Shown: positions 14,515-27,643 of the stretch, in pieces
How the letters are laid out: every line of letters starts with the position of its first letter
Numbering within the stretch: position 1 is the first letter of the stretch
Origin: Spongospora subterranea f. sp. subterranea
Lineage: Eukaryota
Assembly: GCA_049724395.1 (NCBI GenBank)
Contig: JAUGWO010000102.1
Coordinates: forward strand, 1 to 64,000
Length of the DNA: 64,000 nucleotides
Direction of reading: 5' to 3'
Program-made: the position numbers and the translations under genes
Notes under the pieces: generated by a model
What the model saw: only the letters and a program-made list of their open reading frames with translations
Database searches by the model: none
What the model was told of the DNA's origin: nothing

Positions 14515-17500
14515 CTATGATACACTTTTGAAAAGGAACTTTGATGAAAAAGCGATATACTCGATGCCTTGTCCACAGACGACGATGTGATACGAACCGT
14601 CATCGGACACGACAACATCCATATCATGAATACTGGCACATCCCACACGATGAGAGCCAATACAATTCCATGAATAATCCGGTAATTCTGAACAAACCCA
14701 GCCACGAACGCGACGATCCGATCCAGTTGAAAATGCGACAAAACGGCCGCCGTGGAAGATCAGCCAAATTCCAGTTACCGTGGCAAAATGAGCACTCGCG
14801 ACCATGTAACGTTGAACATTGCCAACAGACTTATGATGATATGGGAACGTAATAAAGTGCAGCCCGTGATCATCTCCACCTGATGCTATTGTTACACGAC
14901 CGTTGTCGTAACGAATTGTGAGGGCGTTAATGCCGGATTGATGAGTGGCGGTAAACCGTGATATGATCTGTAAAGATGAGTTGGGGAGATGACATGACCA
15001 TAGAAGGATGTGACCTCTTGTATCAGCAGATACGATAAGGAATGTGTCAACACGATCGGCTTGGCAACATGATAAACTGAGAATGGGGTGATACCCATGG
15101 GATACGTCGGATCTCAAAGATGACTGAGCCAGGAAGCGCTGCGAGGCAATGTCGTAAATGTGAGAGACCAGACCGCCTGTGGATGTGCCACAGATCACCA
15201 TGATCGACTCGCCGTCGGTGGAGGGAAGGGCCACCATTGACATGATTCTGATATCCATCACCAATTGTCGTTCGGCATCGAGGTCGGATTTAGGCTTGTT
15301 GAACCACTTTCCACATCGGTAACCAGCGAACGCAGCCCCGCTCAGAGAGCCCGCTGGGGTCAACATTGGAGGAAAATACGAGGTGTTGATGTAATAGCAA
15401 AGTAGCTGCAGCTTGGCGCCGCCAGAAAACACGAACGTTGATCCTGATGACTGGACAAGCGCCATACACCGTTGAGAATTTCGACCATTACAAGATTCAG
15501 CCATGGCAATACACTCTGGCTGGTTATCTCCATCTACTCTAACGACCTGAAACGCCAGAAATATTGTCAAAAACAGCTACAGGAATTTACAGCATAATTG
15601 GCGGTGTTATAGCCGGGCAACAGTGGGTAAATAAATAAAGGGAGTGCTATGAGCAATCTTACACGAAATGAGCCGTCTTCTCCTACTGTACAAGCCATAA
15701 GTGGTAGACCAGGTAGCCACATAACCGCAGCAATGTCTCGGGTGTGGAATGGGTGACGTGTTGACCCTAAAGGCGATAGAGATCCAGGTAGGGAGAGCGT
15801 GACAACAGCGGGACCATCGACATCCTTTACAGGCGATACGAACCGGAAGGTAGCACCACTGGGGAACCCTTCTGAGATTGGACACTTTATAGATAAACAT
15901 GTGGCAGTCCTGAACATCAAAAATATCACCACAAAGTACGCAATGAATTCAGAAATCACAGATTTGACGACTCTAAAAACATGCAATATTCCAAAATAGG
16001 GTATACCTTGGACCGCTATGGGGAAATGCTGCAAATATGGCACGAGAACGGACATCAGACACGATATATTGATTAGAGGCGCCATTAAACCCGGCAGTGA
16101 ATAGATTTGGGGTCGGCAGATTACTGACAGAATCACCGATGATGATCCGCTCAGCTAAAGGGTTAGGAGAAGACCACACTCCTATTCTAACCAGATTCAT
16201 GGGCCCAATGCGGTATTGCTGAATGGTCCCGTCGGCGCCCAAACTAAAGACACCGTTATCGAACGGCACTGCATCACGGATGGTGCTGCGACCATGGGCA
16301 CCAACAACACGGAAAAGGGAACCAGATATGCCAAACTGGTATAGAGTCAACACGCCATCTGTATCCCCAGTTACGACGAAATCCGACACAACAGCGATTG
16401 CGCTGATATTGGAACGGTTGGTTTCGAAAGACGATAATCCTGAAGCGGCACCAACAGTAGAGCATGTACTGCCCATACCTGGTGGTGTAGGGCCATGGCA
16501 ACTTAAATAATGTAGAGAGACTCCATCGAATGCGAAAATGAAACCACCGGCAGCCCATACTTTAAACACTCCTTTAAGAGGGAATACGGTATCAGTTGAG
16601 CGCAGATTGGAATATTGGAGATCATGAAGTGGTTGGGTTGTTAGGTCAACCAGTACAAGACCATCAGGAATAAGGGGGTTAGAGGATTTACGGACTGCAA
16701 GGGCGAGAACAGCTTGGCCAGGTAACATTGCGCTGTCACGAACATCGACACAGGTAACACTGCAGTGAATACGCCATATATCATCCACTGTTACTTCCGC
16801 TACGATACCGCAACGTAATACGACCACTGTTGATTGGGCACTGTTACGATCATAGAGAGCGACAATGGCGCGGTCATACTGTGCCAACCAAGACGGTATA
16901 CGGGACGTGATACGATTGAGCACGATAGGTTCGAGTCGCCAATAACGGATATCTGCATCTTCGCCACCAGACACAATAACTCCTCGCTTTGTATCAGCGT
17001 CGATTGCCCATACATTACCGCAATGCCCAGATAATGATTCCAATAATCTGCCATCGATCGACCATTTCCTCAACGTTCCATCTTCCCCAGCCGTAACGAT
17101 AATATCGCCAAGGAAACGTGCCCGCCAGACCCTTGACACGTGCCCGTACCCAACTCCAACACATTTGCCATCGTTTAATGACCATATCCGCACAGTACGA
17201 TCATCTGACGTTGAACAAATCATTGTCCCATCCACATTCCACGATAAACTAAACACGACGCCGGAATGGCCAACCAAACGACTGATAACTGGGACCGCGG
17301 CGCTATCGGCAATATCAGGTACTTGCCAGATGATAATCTGATTGAACACTGTTCCCGCAGCGACAGTGAATGTGTCGGGAGTGATGATCAACGACATACT
17401 ATAGAGCAGGCTCTGATCTTGACAGTGATATTCCCGATCCAGGGTCCAAACACCATTGATCACCTTATAGATATGTACTATATTATGAGCCAGACCAATA

Positions 17501-17882
17501 GCCAGCTGTTCCCTGTCTATGAACGCCACATCCAACACGCATTGTGGCAGATCGGCAATCACACCTACCACTTCCATTGTCTGATTCATCCATATTTCAC
17601 AGCGATTCATTCCGAATACCACAGTAAGTGTATCTGTACAAAATTGAGCAATCAAAACAGAAATTACGAAAACGGTTCTGAACCGAAGCGGTAAATGCCA
17701 TGAACACGATCGCCGCCATTCCCAAATCTTTGCCGAACGGATATGGCGATGGTTGAGGATATATCTGACGAATGTCGAGTGACATATGATCCAGATCCTA
17801 TAAGGAGAGAACCATCGGATAGTAGACACAAAGCCGAAACATCACCCAGAAAGGCACCGGATTGGATCGCCGCCAGCCTCAT
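14515..17882 (-). CDS. WDR6: WD40-repeat protein WDR6/Trm734-like (partner of the tRNA 2'-O-methyltransferase)
   Basis: AAGTVFNQIIIW, LVGHSGVVFSL, STSDDRTVRIW, YGHVSRVWR, TAGEDGT, HQSGINAL, ASGGDD and AHFATVTG follow the WDR6 motif order; few introns. Confidence 0.8.
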
Positions 17883-18096
17883 CAAAATTCAGGTCATACT
17901 GTACACATACCGTGGGTTACGGTGTCCGTGGCGGATTTGCTACACTTACCCAAGTCCTTTACAATGGGTATCACTGTTATCCCCGTTCAATCTACGATCT
18001 TATTCAGTGCAGGAATATGCCAGTCTTGATTTCAATAGTGCAATCGGTGTTATTGTGGTCACTCATTAGATAAACCATATCAACTTGCAATAATGT

Positions 18097-18282
18097 AACT
18101 CGTAAATGAGAAATACAATCTCATCCAGAACGACCACGTCCCAACGTCAATCGGCAGATTGAAATGCTCCGATTAGCGATCACGTTGCACAGTCTGTGGC
18201 GAATTAGGTTGGACACCGAGGACACGTGGCCGGAGTTCGACGTGGTCGTTCTGGATGAGGTTGTATTACTCATTTACGAGTT
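18097..18282. mobile_element. MITE-like element with 44-bp terminal inverted repeats
   Basis: 18097-18140 and the reverse complement of 18239-18282 differ at 2 of 44 positions; ~100-bp non-coding interior. Confidence 0.65.
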
Positions 18283-19167
18283 GCTGTCCAATATTGACGG
18301 CATCTCTGGAGCATGTATTTTACTGCATGGTAAATGATGCGAACTTGCCTATTATGTTGACATTATTGCAAGTTCAATAATCACATATAATATTAAGAAT
18401 ACACTGAATTCCGTAGTTAATCATCACGACAGGTAGCGTTTTTGCTGAAAAAACAGTGTTCTATAGACAATATTCCAAACTCATTATAAACTCATATCTG
18501 GTAAATACTATCAGCATCATGTGAAAACATACTACTGTACTCAAGTGAAGGGGTCGTGCCCTCGTCACCGCACCTCAACTCCCACCATATCCGGGGGTCA
18601 ATAAATCCTGTTGGTCACCCATATAACTATCATCAAGAAGTTGGTCACGTCGTGGCCAATGTTGTGGTAGTGAACAGAGATAGGGTCTAAAATACTGAGA
18701 TTGTGTCTGATTAGAGTATAACGATTGAAGGAATTGAGAGATGTGATGGTTTGGAGTAATGAGGCATGATGAAGGTACAGGCCGGCATTTTATTGACCGT
18801 CCTACTTGGTGTATATAGTGGTCAAGCCCCGTCACAGTTGACCTGTTGGTACAGTACAGTTGCTTGGTAACAGTACAGTACAGTTGTAAAAACTGCGACA
18901 TTGCGCCAGGGGGTAGTCATTACACAGTCATGACGCACGTCCAATAATCAGTGGTGTAACCCTCTTGTCCAATATCAACCAAAACCCATTTTCTGACAAA
19001 CGACTTGTTCTTCCCCACTAAACTGTTCCGGGTTGGTGTTTTCATCCGCCGAGTCTTTTCTTGATCAAGGAAGGACCGGCTGTGTTGCTGTGAATTGTAT
19101 CGCCCTGGCAGATGCATGTCGGATCGCTCACAATATTCCTCACCATGCCTGGTAGCGATGCCCCAGA

Positions 19168-20771
19168 ATGTTAATCGGCTATCAATCCCGACATCGATGC
19201 CCTATGAACCCGCTGTCATCGATCTGCAGGTTTCGTAAAACACATCCTCTGTTCCATCATATTCTCATATTGATCATATTCCAGATGAGGATGGCGCTAC
19301 CCCTGTCATGCGTCCTCAACGACAATGGCGCCTTTGTCGCCCGTACTGTACCGCTATCTCGTCCTACACAATCAGAAGATTCATCCCCTCATCCACAAAG
19401 GGATCGTATTCTGCTTGGGACTCAGGATTTCGCCGGTATTCGTGGACGACATAGTATAATCGGTGTCTCGTGCGATCTCAAAGAATTTGATTGCGAAGTT
19501 CTGGTTTTCACCCATCCCATTCCCGATGTTAGTTATATCTCTCTGTCAACTTGCTTTCCTAACGAGCGTTATTTCAGCATCTTCGTGATATTCATTGGAT
19601 TGGATCACATTCCGCCATCTGCGCTCATGGCTCAACGATTGCTGCCGTTCAGATCGACGATGATTTCTGTTTTAACAAAAGTATATGGTTTCTGGTTGTG
19701 ATGATCGCCCGTTAATATCATTGTATCAGTTGATTATCACGCGTCTCACACCGATTGGGTCAGGGAACTAGCGCCCCATCCTATTTCGCAAGGACAGATT
19801 CGCATCCGGAGGTACCATCATCATTACTTCGATTAGCCTTTATTACACACATATTCTCAGGATTCGATGGGTTTTTGTGCATAAACAACGTCAATCGGCG
19901 AGAATGCTGTGTCAGGAAAGTGAATAGCGAAGGGGTGATCTCATCAATTCGTTGGGGCGCTAGTATGGATGAACGGCTAGATGACCTATCGCTCCAGTTA
20001 ACATATTGCAGATCATAATTCGATATCGTTAACGACCGATCTGGGAATGTTCTCAATATATGACGCAAGAACGGCCATGTCGTCACCGGATGTCGTGGCG
20101 GACTCTCACAAACTCGTAAACTGACACAGTTTTACTAGCAGATTTCTCTCGTTTGGCTCTTGGCCTGATTTGAACCCGTTTCTGTCCCGTTAGTGCCGAT
20201 ATTGTTAACTGACCGATAGGCGGTTTCAGATGCTTTACGCGCATGATTGGCTGGACAATCATACGATTATGATGGGGTTTGGTGACGGAGAGCTTCTCAG
20301 ATTCGATATGAGGAATGGGAAATTGTAAGACAGATTCCGCCTTGAATATGTTGTCGATCTGGTCCTAATCTGACTCAGCTTAAGTGACCCATCAATGTCA
20401 GCGGGATGTTGCATTGGCGACATCACAATCAGAGATGGAATTGCAATGGTGTCCGGTGAAACTAACGAGTAATTGGCTCCCCCGTTTTCCAATCAATTGT
20501 TCCATTCAATTTACCGTTTCGCAGAATCGCTCTTTGGAGAACCAATTCCATGAACCTGTTGGAATGCTTGTAAGCGATTCAGCCGCGTATTATCTGGGTT
20601 GACCTAAACGGGATTTCCAGTGCTAAGGGATCGCCAGCAATTCCTGGTGTTGATCCTGGTCCTTCATCATCTTCGTGCCCATGCGCTACGTTTGGCTCAG
20701 ATGGACGATCAATCTTGACTGCCGATTCGCTTGGCGTTATGGCCTGTTTTGATTTTGATATTCCAAGATAA
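19168..20771 (+). CDS. WD40-like beta-propeller protein, multi-exon
   Basis: Exon peptides LRDIHWIGSHSAICAHG, HTDWVRELAPHP, GFDGFLCINNV, VISSIRWG and GSDGRSILTADSLG. Start codon uncertain. Confidence 0.55.
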
Positions 20772-21308
20772 TGGGGCTGTAAAACGCTCTTCACCTGTAG
20801 ATTCATGATGATTGTCTTTAAATTATTTGAGATATTAAATTTAGACGAATTTTTGTTGATATCGTGGTGACAATGGTCTGGTCCCTATTAGAGGAACTGG
20901 ATTACCATATTGTAGTCCACCTGGCAGATACTGTTTTTGAATATCTAAACGGTGGCACGACCGTTAATCTGCCTTGAGGTTTCATTGGCATATCCTAGAC
21001 AGTTTTCACATCATCCTTCAACGTCTGTTAATTCGATATACTATTGATATCAGTTTCGAATATGATGAATTGTTGATTATTATCCCATTCTGATGAGTTT
21101 CATGATGAACTCCCCATCAGGTCCTTCAATACAGATCCCCCATCTTGCATGTTGAACTAGGCAGTAAATGATGGTTAATAAATGGCCATCACTAGGTTGA
21201 GCCCCTTTCACCGTAATCAAAATTAGATTACATGAGATACGGCGCGTGTGTCCCCCATTATATGTCAATTACAGCCAGATCGTTGACAGTACCAGAGAGA
21301 TACTGGAT

Positions 21309-22405
21309 ATGGCGACCAAGACGGCTGCGTCGTCACCAATATTTGGATTACCACTTCCAGCACAGATTTCATCCAAAGGTGCCAATTCCCCATTATAGGT
21401 CATATTTCATGTTTTATCCAAAACATTTTTGCTCAGCGGCAGTGGCGGCTCTGAAATCTTTGCAAACAAAACTGCACGAAACCGAACTTGATCGCGATCG
21501 CGACGCCATTCGGTATCAGAATGATGTCAATCGAGCTAAACAAGATATGGAGAATATGCGATCGGAGATGAACGAAAAACTGCATCAACAAGTCGACAAG
21601 ACCGCGAAAGTATTACACGATCTTGAAAGTGCTAGGGCTGAAGTCGATCGTTCGTTCAATGTCGGGAGCGTCAAACGAGGTCACTGAAATACGTTGTGAT
21701 TCAGGTTTGGGCGAGACTGTAGAAAGACAACATGAGCAGATCCGACAGTTGCAAGAGAACGTGATCAGATCTGATCACGATAATAATCATTCGGTTCATG
21801 GTGTAAAATCCGGCAGGAATCGTCGTACAGATGATCTCGAGGAATTAGATCGGGGAAAGGTCGCCCATCGGACAAACTCTCCATCTCCTGTCCATTTTAC
21901 AGTAAATGGATCGGTGTCAACACCAGATATCACACAAATCGTCGAACAAGCGTGTGCTAGTGCAATCAGTACGCATATGGCCCCATGTAATCACAACCAT
22001 CGCAAATCTGACCCAATATCGTCACGCGATGATGATCATGATATATATCAATTGCTGCGTTCCTCGCAATCTGATACGGAATATAAAGAACTCGCCGTTC
22101 GATTGGATAAAATGGAGAATCTTCTTACGCTATATGCAAAGAGCATGCTAAAACGGCGATTGAAAGAGAGGCGACTAAAACCAAGACCTGGATTTACGAG
22201 GGCTGTAATACCATGCAATAATACGTATTCTGCTAGGATGATGAAATTAGAAAGAATTATGAAGAGGCTAACAACACAATCGGGGGCGTTGATTGACCAG
22301 CTGAATTCGAAGACAAGCGTTGATACGCATCGACGAGTGAATGAAATCATTCAAGAACTCGATATAACACAAAACCAATTGAGAATGTTGGATAGTAAAC
22401 GATAG
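21309..22405 (+). CDS. Coiled-coil protein with a Cep57/translokin-like N-terminal motif
   Basis: AVAALKSLQTKLHETELDR resembles the Cep57 centrosome-localisation motif (ALKxLQEKIxxLELER); long helical exon 21700-22405. Confidence 0.45.
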
Positions 22406-22436
22406 AATAATGTTATATCATTAAGGATATGTGTAT

Positions 22437-25128
22437 CTACAACAGTTTGATCATATATGGACCAACCAGTTCATAGCCGAGCTTTCGATAATAATGGCGT
22501 GTTCCAACGCCCGAAATGACGGCGACCTGTTCGCTGCCGTGTTCATCACGAGCAATGCGCTCTGCCTCTTCCATCAGCAACCGTCCAAAACCTCTGTGCT
22601 GCTGCAGAGGCGTACACGAAGCGTCTTTACCCAACGTGTTCTCCCCAACTTGAACCACTTCGCCATAAACATGAACCTCTCGGATTAACGACGACCTTTT
22701 GCAAATTAACTCAGGGCGAAAGGTTTGTGATCCACACCTGAACTGATATTAGCGAAATGAATAAAAATGAAAGTATACCGGGATTCTGTTGAAAACTGAA
22801 CAGTCAAAAACGGGAAAAAAACTCTTGTTAACGTTGAGCATTTAACATGAGCACAGGCACAGATCACAAGAGACGAAACCGTCATAAAAGAGTCGTTATA
22901 ATGACGAAAAACAATCATGACAAGGAGCAAAGACTAATCAATCTGATCAAGTGATAATATTGATGTTTTCGCAGTTCGAATGTCTGAATATGAAATTATA
23001 AGCTATCAGACAATGCACGCATACAAAACATAAAACAGAGCGCTACGCTCTAGACGGCAGTGACATTTACGATAAAATTGAATTCAAACGTGGATAGCGA
23101 ACCTGCGTAGACGAAGAAGACCAATAAGGGTATCCTGGACGGGATCTTCATATGATATGAACGTCTCCCAATCCCCGTTGGCCGTGTAATCTCGACGGAT
23201 CAGTTCGATCTGATTTGGAACGAGATTCTGATGAAGTGACCTCATACCGGCCTCTCTGTGTAAAAGCGTCAAAAGAATAATCATAAAAGAGAGACATTTG
23301 ACTTCTGACCTAGTGCGAACATCACGACAAACAAGACCCAGATCATTCATACGCTGTAGAACCTGTTCACGAAGATTGCCTGTCTCAACACCAGAACTCG
23401 TAACCAGAGGTAGTGGAATATCGCGCTGGATTCTAAACCGACAAGGAGTGACATTGGTTGGAAGCCACAAAACAGTTTCAACGCATTCAACGCATTTGCC
23501 TCAAAAAGAAATAATAAAAAACTAAGCTATTCCACAATAAAACCGTGAAGAGAAGTATTGAGAAGATATAGAAAAAGACACTGACCGATAGATTCGGGTC
23601 CATGGCGGTACCATTGATAACGCATTGGCTAAAAGATCGACCAACTGTTGAGGCGAATACGGCTTGTATACACCCACTTTCCAAAGCTCATACAATCCTG
23701 TTCCGCGAATTACACTAAGGTCATATTATGAAACAGGACAAAACCGTTTGGGGCCGACAAAAATTACAGTGTGGGATAAATTTTGAGCCCGTCAGGTCGG
23801 AAATCGGGATTTTCAAACAGCTCTTTGAAAGAAAGCATATCGCGTTGCATTCCAACATTGGGTAAGTCTGGCATTATATGAGATACGATTTTATAACCGG
23901 CGTCTTTAGCAACCTAGATTCAAATAAATAATTACTACAAACCCGATTATCATCCCTTGTTAAACGGAATTCATACCCAAATTCAAATTATCGGGCATGA
24001 GACGGTCAAATGAATGTGTTCAAGAAAAAACAGCAAACAAGACGTGACTACCTGAAATGCTTGGCATACGGCCTGAACAGTATGGCCACGATTGGTATCG
24101 CGAGCAACATCTTCGTAGACGGATTGGACCCCGATTTCTAAACGAGTGCAACCATAGAGCAACATCGACCTGAATAATGTCAGGATGATATTCAGCAAAC
24201 TCGACACAATAACAATACGAGATATGAGGACGAAGACAGTAATCCGGGCGGGTTTCAATGGTGATTCCCACACATTTACGTTTGGATTGTTCACTCCATC
24301 GAACCGCCTGAGCCAAACAACGAGTGTTAATCAGACTAATATTGATAGTCTGCAAGAATTAACAAAAATTTAAGGAACCGTAGGAAGGTGTAAAAGAGAA
24401 GAAAAATACGATTATAATACATGGAAAGTCAACACCAAACGGTGATGTCGTTAGTAAAGTCAGGTCAATAGTATAACACTGGGTCAACCTCTTCAATGCT
24501 AGTGCTATTTTGACCACTTAAAGCATCATGTAGTCGGCTGACAAACGTCTCACGATATGTTTTGGGCAACGACATGAACGTCCCTCCCATGATAATAATC
24601 TCCACCTAACAACCATCAAAGTCTGAAAAACGGGTTGTAAAATATGGAAAAGGGAGTAAAAACCTTATCGATTTCGTGTCCAAGGGATTGCAACTGATCC
24701 AATCGTTCACGACATTGTTCATAAGGATCATATCGTGCTCGTATGGCACGAAGCGATGTCGGCTCGTAGCCGGTATACGATTGTGTCGAGTATTCGAAGT
24801 CGCTATCGGGACCCCCTGGGCAATAAACACATACATTTCCGGTCATCTCGATATGTGGGCAACGATGGGGCTTGCACATGACGGCGACAACAGCGACACC
24901 TGATGCAGTCCTGACTGGTTTGGCGCGTAGAATGGGCAGGAGACGGGTGCGATATTGTGTTGGGCAAGCGGCAACTAGTTCAACACGTCGCGGTTGATCG
25001 CAATGATACCGTTTGGTGATCTGGCGACATATTTGGGTGACTGGTATTCGGCTAGGATGAACACCAGACAATAGCTGGCGAACTATCTCGTTCACTGCCA
25101 ATGTGGCAATGCCAACACGGCTGGTCAT
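22437..25128 (-). CDS. ELP3: Elongator complex protein 3 (radical SAM + KAT domain)
   Basis: [23 protein letters not shown]...[88 protein letters not shown]. Confidence 0.97.
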
Positions 25129-25202
25129 GGCAGATTCCTCCCATCGCCGTCATGGAATATTTCCAGGAATACCCAACTGGACGGACCCTGCGCAGTCCGT
25201 GG

Positions 25203-25936
25203 TGATTGTCTGACGGTTTTGAGGGGAAACAATTGAGTGATATTGTCTGACGGTTTTGAGGGGAAACAATTGAGTGATATTGTCTGACGGTTTTGAGGGG
25301 AAACAATTGAGTGATATTGTCTGACGGTTTTGAGGGGAAACAATTGAGTGATATTGTCTGACGGTTTTGAGGGGAAACAATTGAGTGATATTGTCTGACG
25401 GTTTTGAGGGGAAACAATTGAGTGATATTGTCTGACGGTTTTGAGGGGAAACAATTGAGTGATATTGTCTGACGGTTTTGAGGGGAAACAATTGAGTGAT
25501 ATTGTCTGACGGTTTTGAGGGGAAACAATTGAGTGATATTGTCTGACGGTTTTGAGGGGAAACGGTCTGACGGGTTTGAGGGGAAACAATTGAGTGATAT
25601 TGTCTGACGGTTTTGAGGGGAAACAATTGAGTGATATTGTCTGACGGGTTTGAGGGGAAACAATTGAGTGATATTGTCTGACGGTTTTGAGGGGAAACAA
25701 TTGAGTGATATTGTCTGACGGTTTTGAGGGGAAACAATTGAGTGATATTGTCTGACGGGTTTGAGGGGAAACAATTGAGTGATATTGTCTGACGGTTTTG
25801 AGGGGAAACAATTGAGTGATATTGTCTGACGGGTTTGAGGGGAAACAATTGAGTGATATTGTCTGACGGGTTTGAGGGGAAACAATTGAGTGATATTGTC
25901 TGACGGTTTTGAGGGGAAACAATTGAGTGATATTGT
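25203..25936 (+). repeat. 37-bp minisatellite, 20 copies
   Basis: Unit gtctgacgg(t/g)tttgaggggaaacaattgagtgatatt; cores at 25208+37n, with one 24-bp truncated unit at 25541-25564; no spacers. Confidence 0.97.
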
Positions 25937-25937
25937 G

Positions 25938-26147
25938 GGACGAATATTACCGCCAAGCTACGACGAGATAGGTACATCATTACTATTACGCGAACAGGAA
26001 CTGTCGAAAATATTTCCTTGTTTCCTTCAATCGTGACCCCGTTGAGAATCCGTCCTCTCGTCGGTCAGGTATAGCTCTCGACAGTTCCTGTTCTCGTAAT
26101 AGTAATGATGCACTTATCTCGTCGTATCTTGGCGGTAATATTCGTCC
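25938..26147. repeat. 70-bp fold-back inverted duplication of Copia gag sequence
   Basis: 25938-26007 is the reverse complement of 26078-26147 with 4 mismatches. Confidence 0.9.
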
Positions 26148-26889
26148 AGCCGTAAGTGCAGCAATCGTGTGCTCGTATCGTTTATCCTTTACGCTGATCA
26201 GTATTGCTAATGCCAGTTCAGAGTCGTCTACGTCTCGTCCGGCTAGCCTTAGTCGTAAGGCTAGTTCCTTCATGTCCGTCAGGTGCTTCTTCATTCCCTC
26301 CTTCGCGTTGAACATCTTGTTCATAAAGTCTTGCTCCATGTATTGCACGTGTGAGAAGGTCCTGGCCCATGTGAATGCTCCAGCGCATTCCAAGCTTCGG
26401 CCGGGGTCCTACATTCAATCACCGTCATTACTTGGTTTGCTTCTACGTTGTTTACTGTTTCGGCAAAGCAAGTGTCGTTTTCGTGTTCGTCGTGTGATGA
26501 TAACAACTCTAATATGTGCCACAGCCGTGTGGATTTCAGGTGAACCTTCATTTGGAACGCCCACATCATGTAGTTCTCGTCGTTGAGCTTGACTCCTCGG
26601 TATGATTTCACTATAGAATTGCTCGCTTGGTTCATCGCCGGTATCGTAGGGGCTGGGCCCATAACCTGTAGAGATTCTTGGGCGTCGAGGCTCGTTTGGA
26701 GGGAATTAGCCTGTCTCGTTAAGGCTGGCATCGTTGAATGAGAATATTCTATTAACCGTTATCGTTGTAATTAAGGAGTGAATTTTATTCGGTATCCGAT
26801 TGTGTTTAGTGATATAGTCATGATTCACGTGTTATTGACTTCCTAGTCCATGACTCGCCGCCGTAAAGAATGTTGACGCATTTCCAACA
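25986..26889 (-). mobile_element. Truncated Ty1/Copia element: 5' LTR (26889-26667), half-tRNA-iMet PBS, frameshifted gag
   Basis: LTR TGTTGG...CTACA followed directly by GGTTATGGGCCCAGC; gag KLNDENYMMWAFQMKVHLKSTRLW...TPAEAWNALE; second frame MKKHLTDMKELALRLRLAGRDVDDSELALAILISV. Confidence 0.9.
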
Positions 26890-27080
26890 TGAGTGATGAT
26901 CGATGATATGATCACACTATATAGTGCACTAATTGTCTGAAGTCTGAACCATCTGATCTCGTTGTCCAGGCGCTCTCTTCTTATAATCAACTGTGGACAA
27001 TTAATATTTAATGAGAGCGATTGGTCAGTTTCGTTACCTAATCAAATGATTTTTAAATAAAGGGAGTTGGATGTGGTTCA

Positions 27081-27630
27081 TTATTCTGTGATTGGTTTTA
27101 GGTAGTAGACGCCATTCTGGTTGTAAGCAGTCGGTACGATTTCAACACTTTCCGTTAAGACGTGAAGATTCTGTTTGATACGTATCTGGTAACCTTGGGT
27201 AGTTAGAGAGTTTGTGGCGAGCAAGGTTTTCATAGTATTTGGAACATGGAGAACGTCCGGTATTGATATCGGTGGAGATCTCGACAACGTCCCTTTGCCT
27301 ATTGCATAAAGGGTTCCACCATTACTTGCGGTAACTGGAGATGTCCTCTCTAATGTTTAATATTTGGTGAGAAGATGTTTGTCCTGGGCATTTGCACCGC
27401 TATCAACGATCATTGCATTCCTTGACGTCTCCTCCCATTTTTCTTGCTTTGATATGGTATGGAACCCATCAACCTCTTCTTCCCCTATATCTCTTTTTTC
27501 TTGTTCATTATGATTTGTATATCCTTCCTTTGATGTTTTCATAATTCTGGGTGAGCAAACCGACACTGATCGATTTCGTGGTTTGTTTTCTTACATTTTG
27601 TACATAGTTTGTTTTTCTTTTAGTTGTTCT
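27081..27630 (-). mobile_element. Ty1/Copia gag-protease fragment (pseudogenised)
   Basis: LCTKCKKTNHEIDQC knuckle, MIVDSGA protease motif, VASNGGTLYAIGKG, DVLHVP...TLL, NGVYYL; stops and frameshifts. Confidence 0.85.
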
Positions 27631-27643
27631 TCCATCTTTTTGC

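Noticed and set aside
25203..25936. CRISPR array (37-bp unit containing GGGGAAAC)
   Set aside because: Units are contiguous with no unique spacers, no cas genes are present, and the context is eukaryotic.
25052..25980. Three 265-277 aa minus-strand ORFs
   Set aside because: Artefact of a stop-free 37-bp unit cycling through the frames; none fuses in frame with ELP3.
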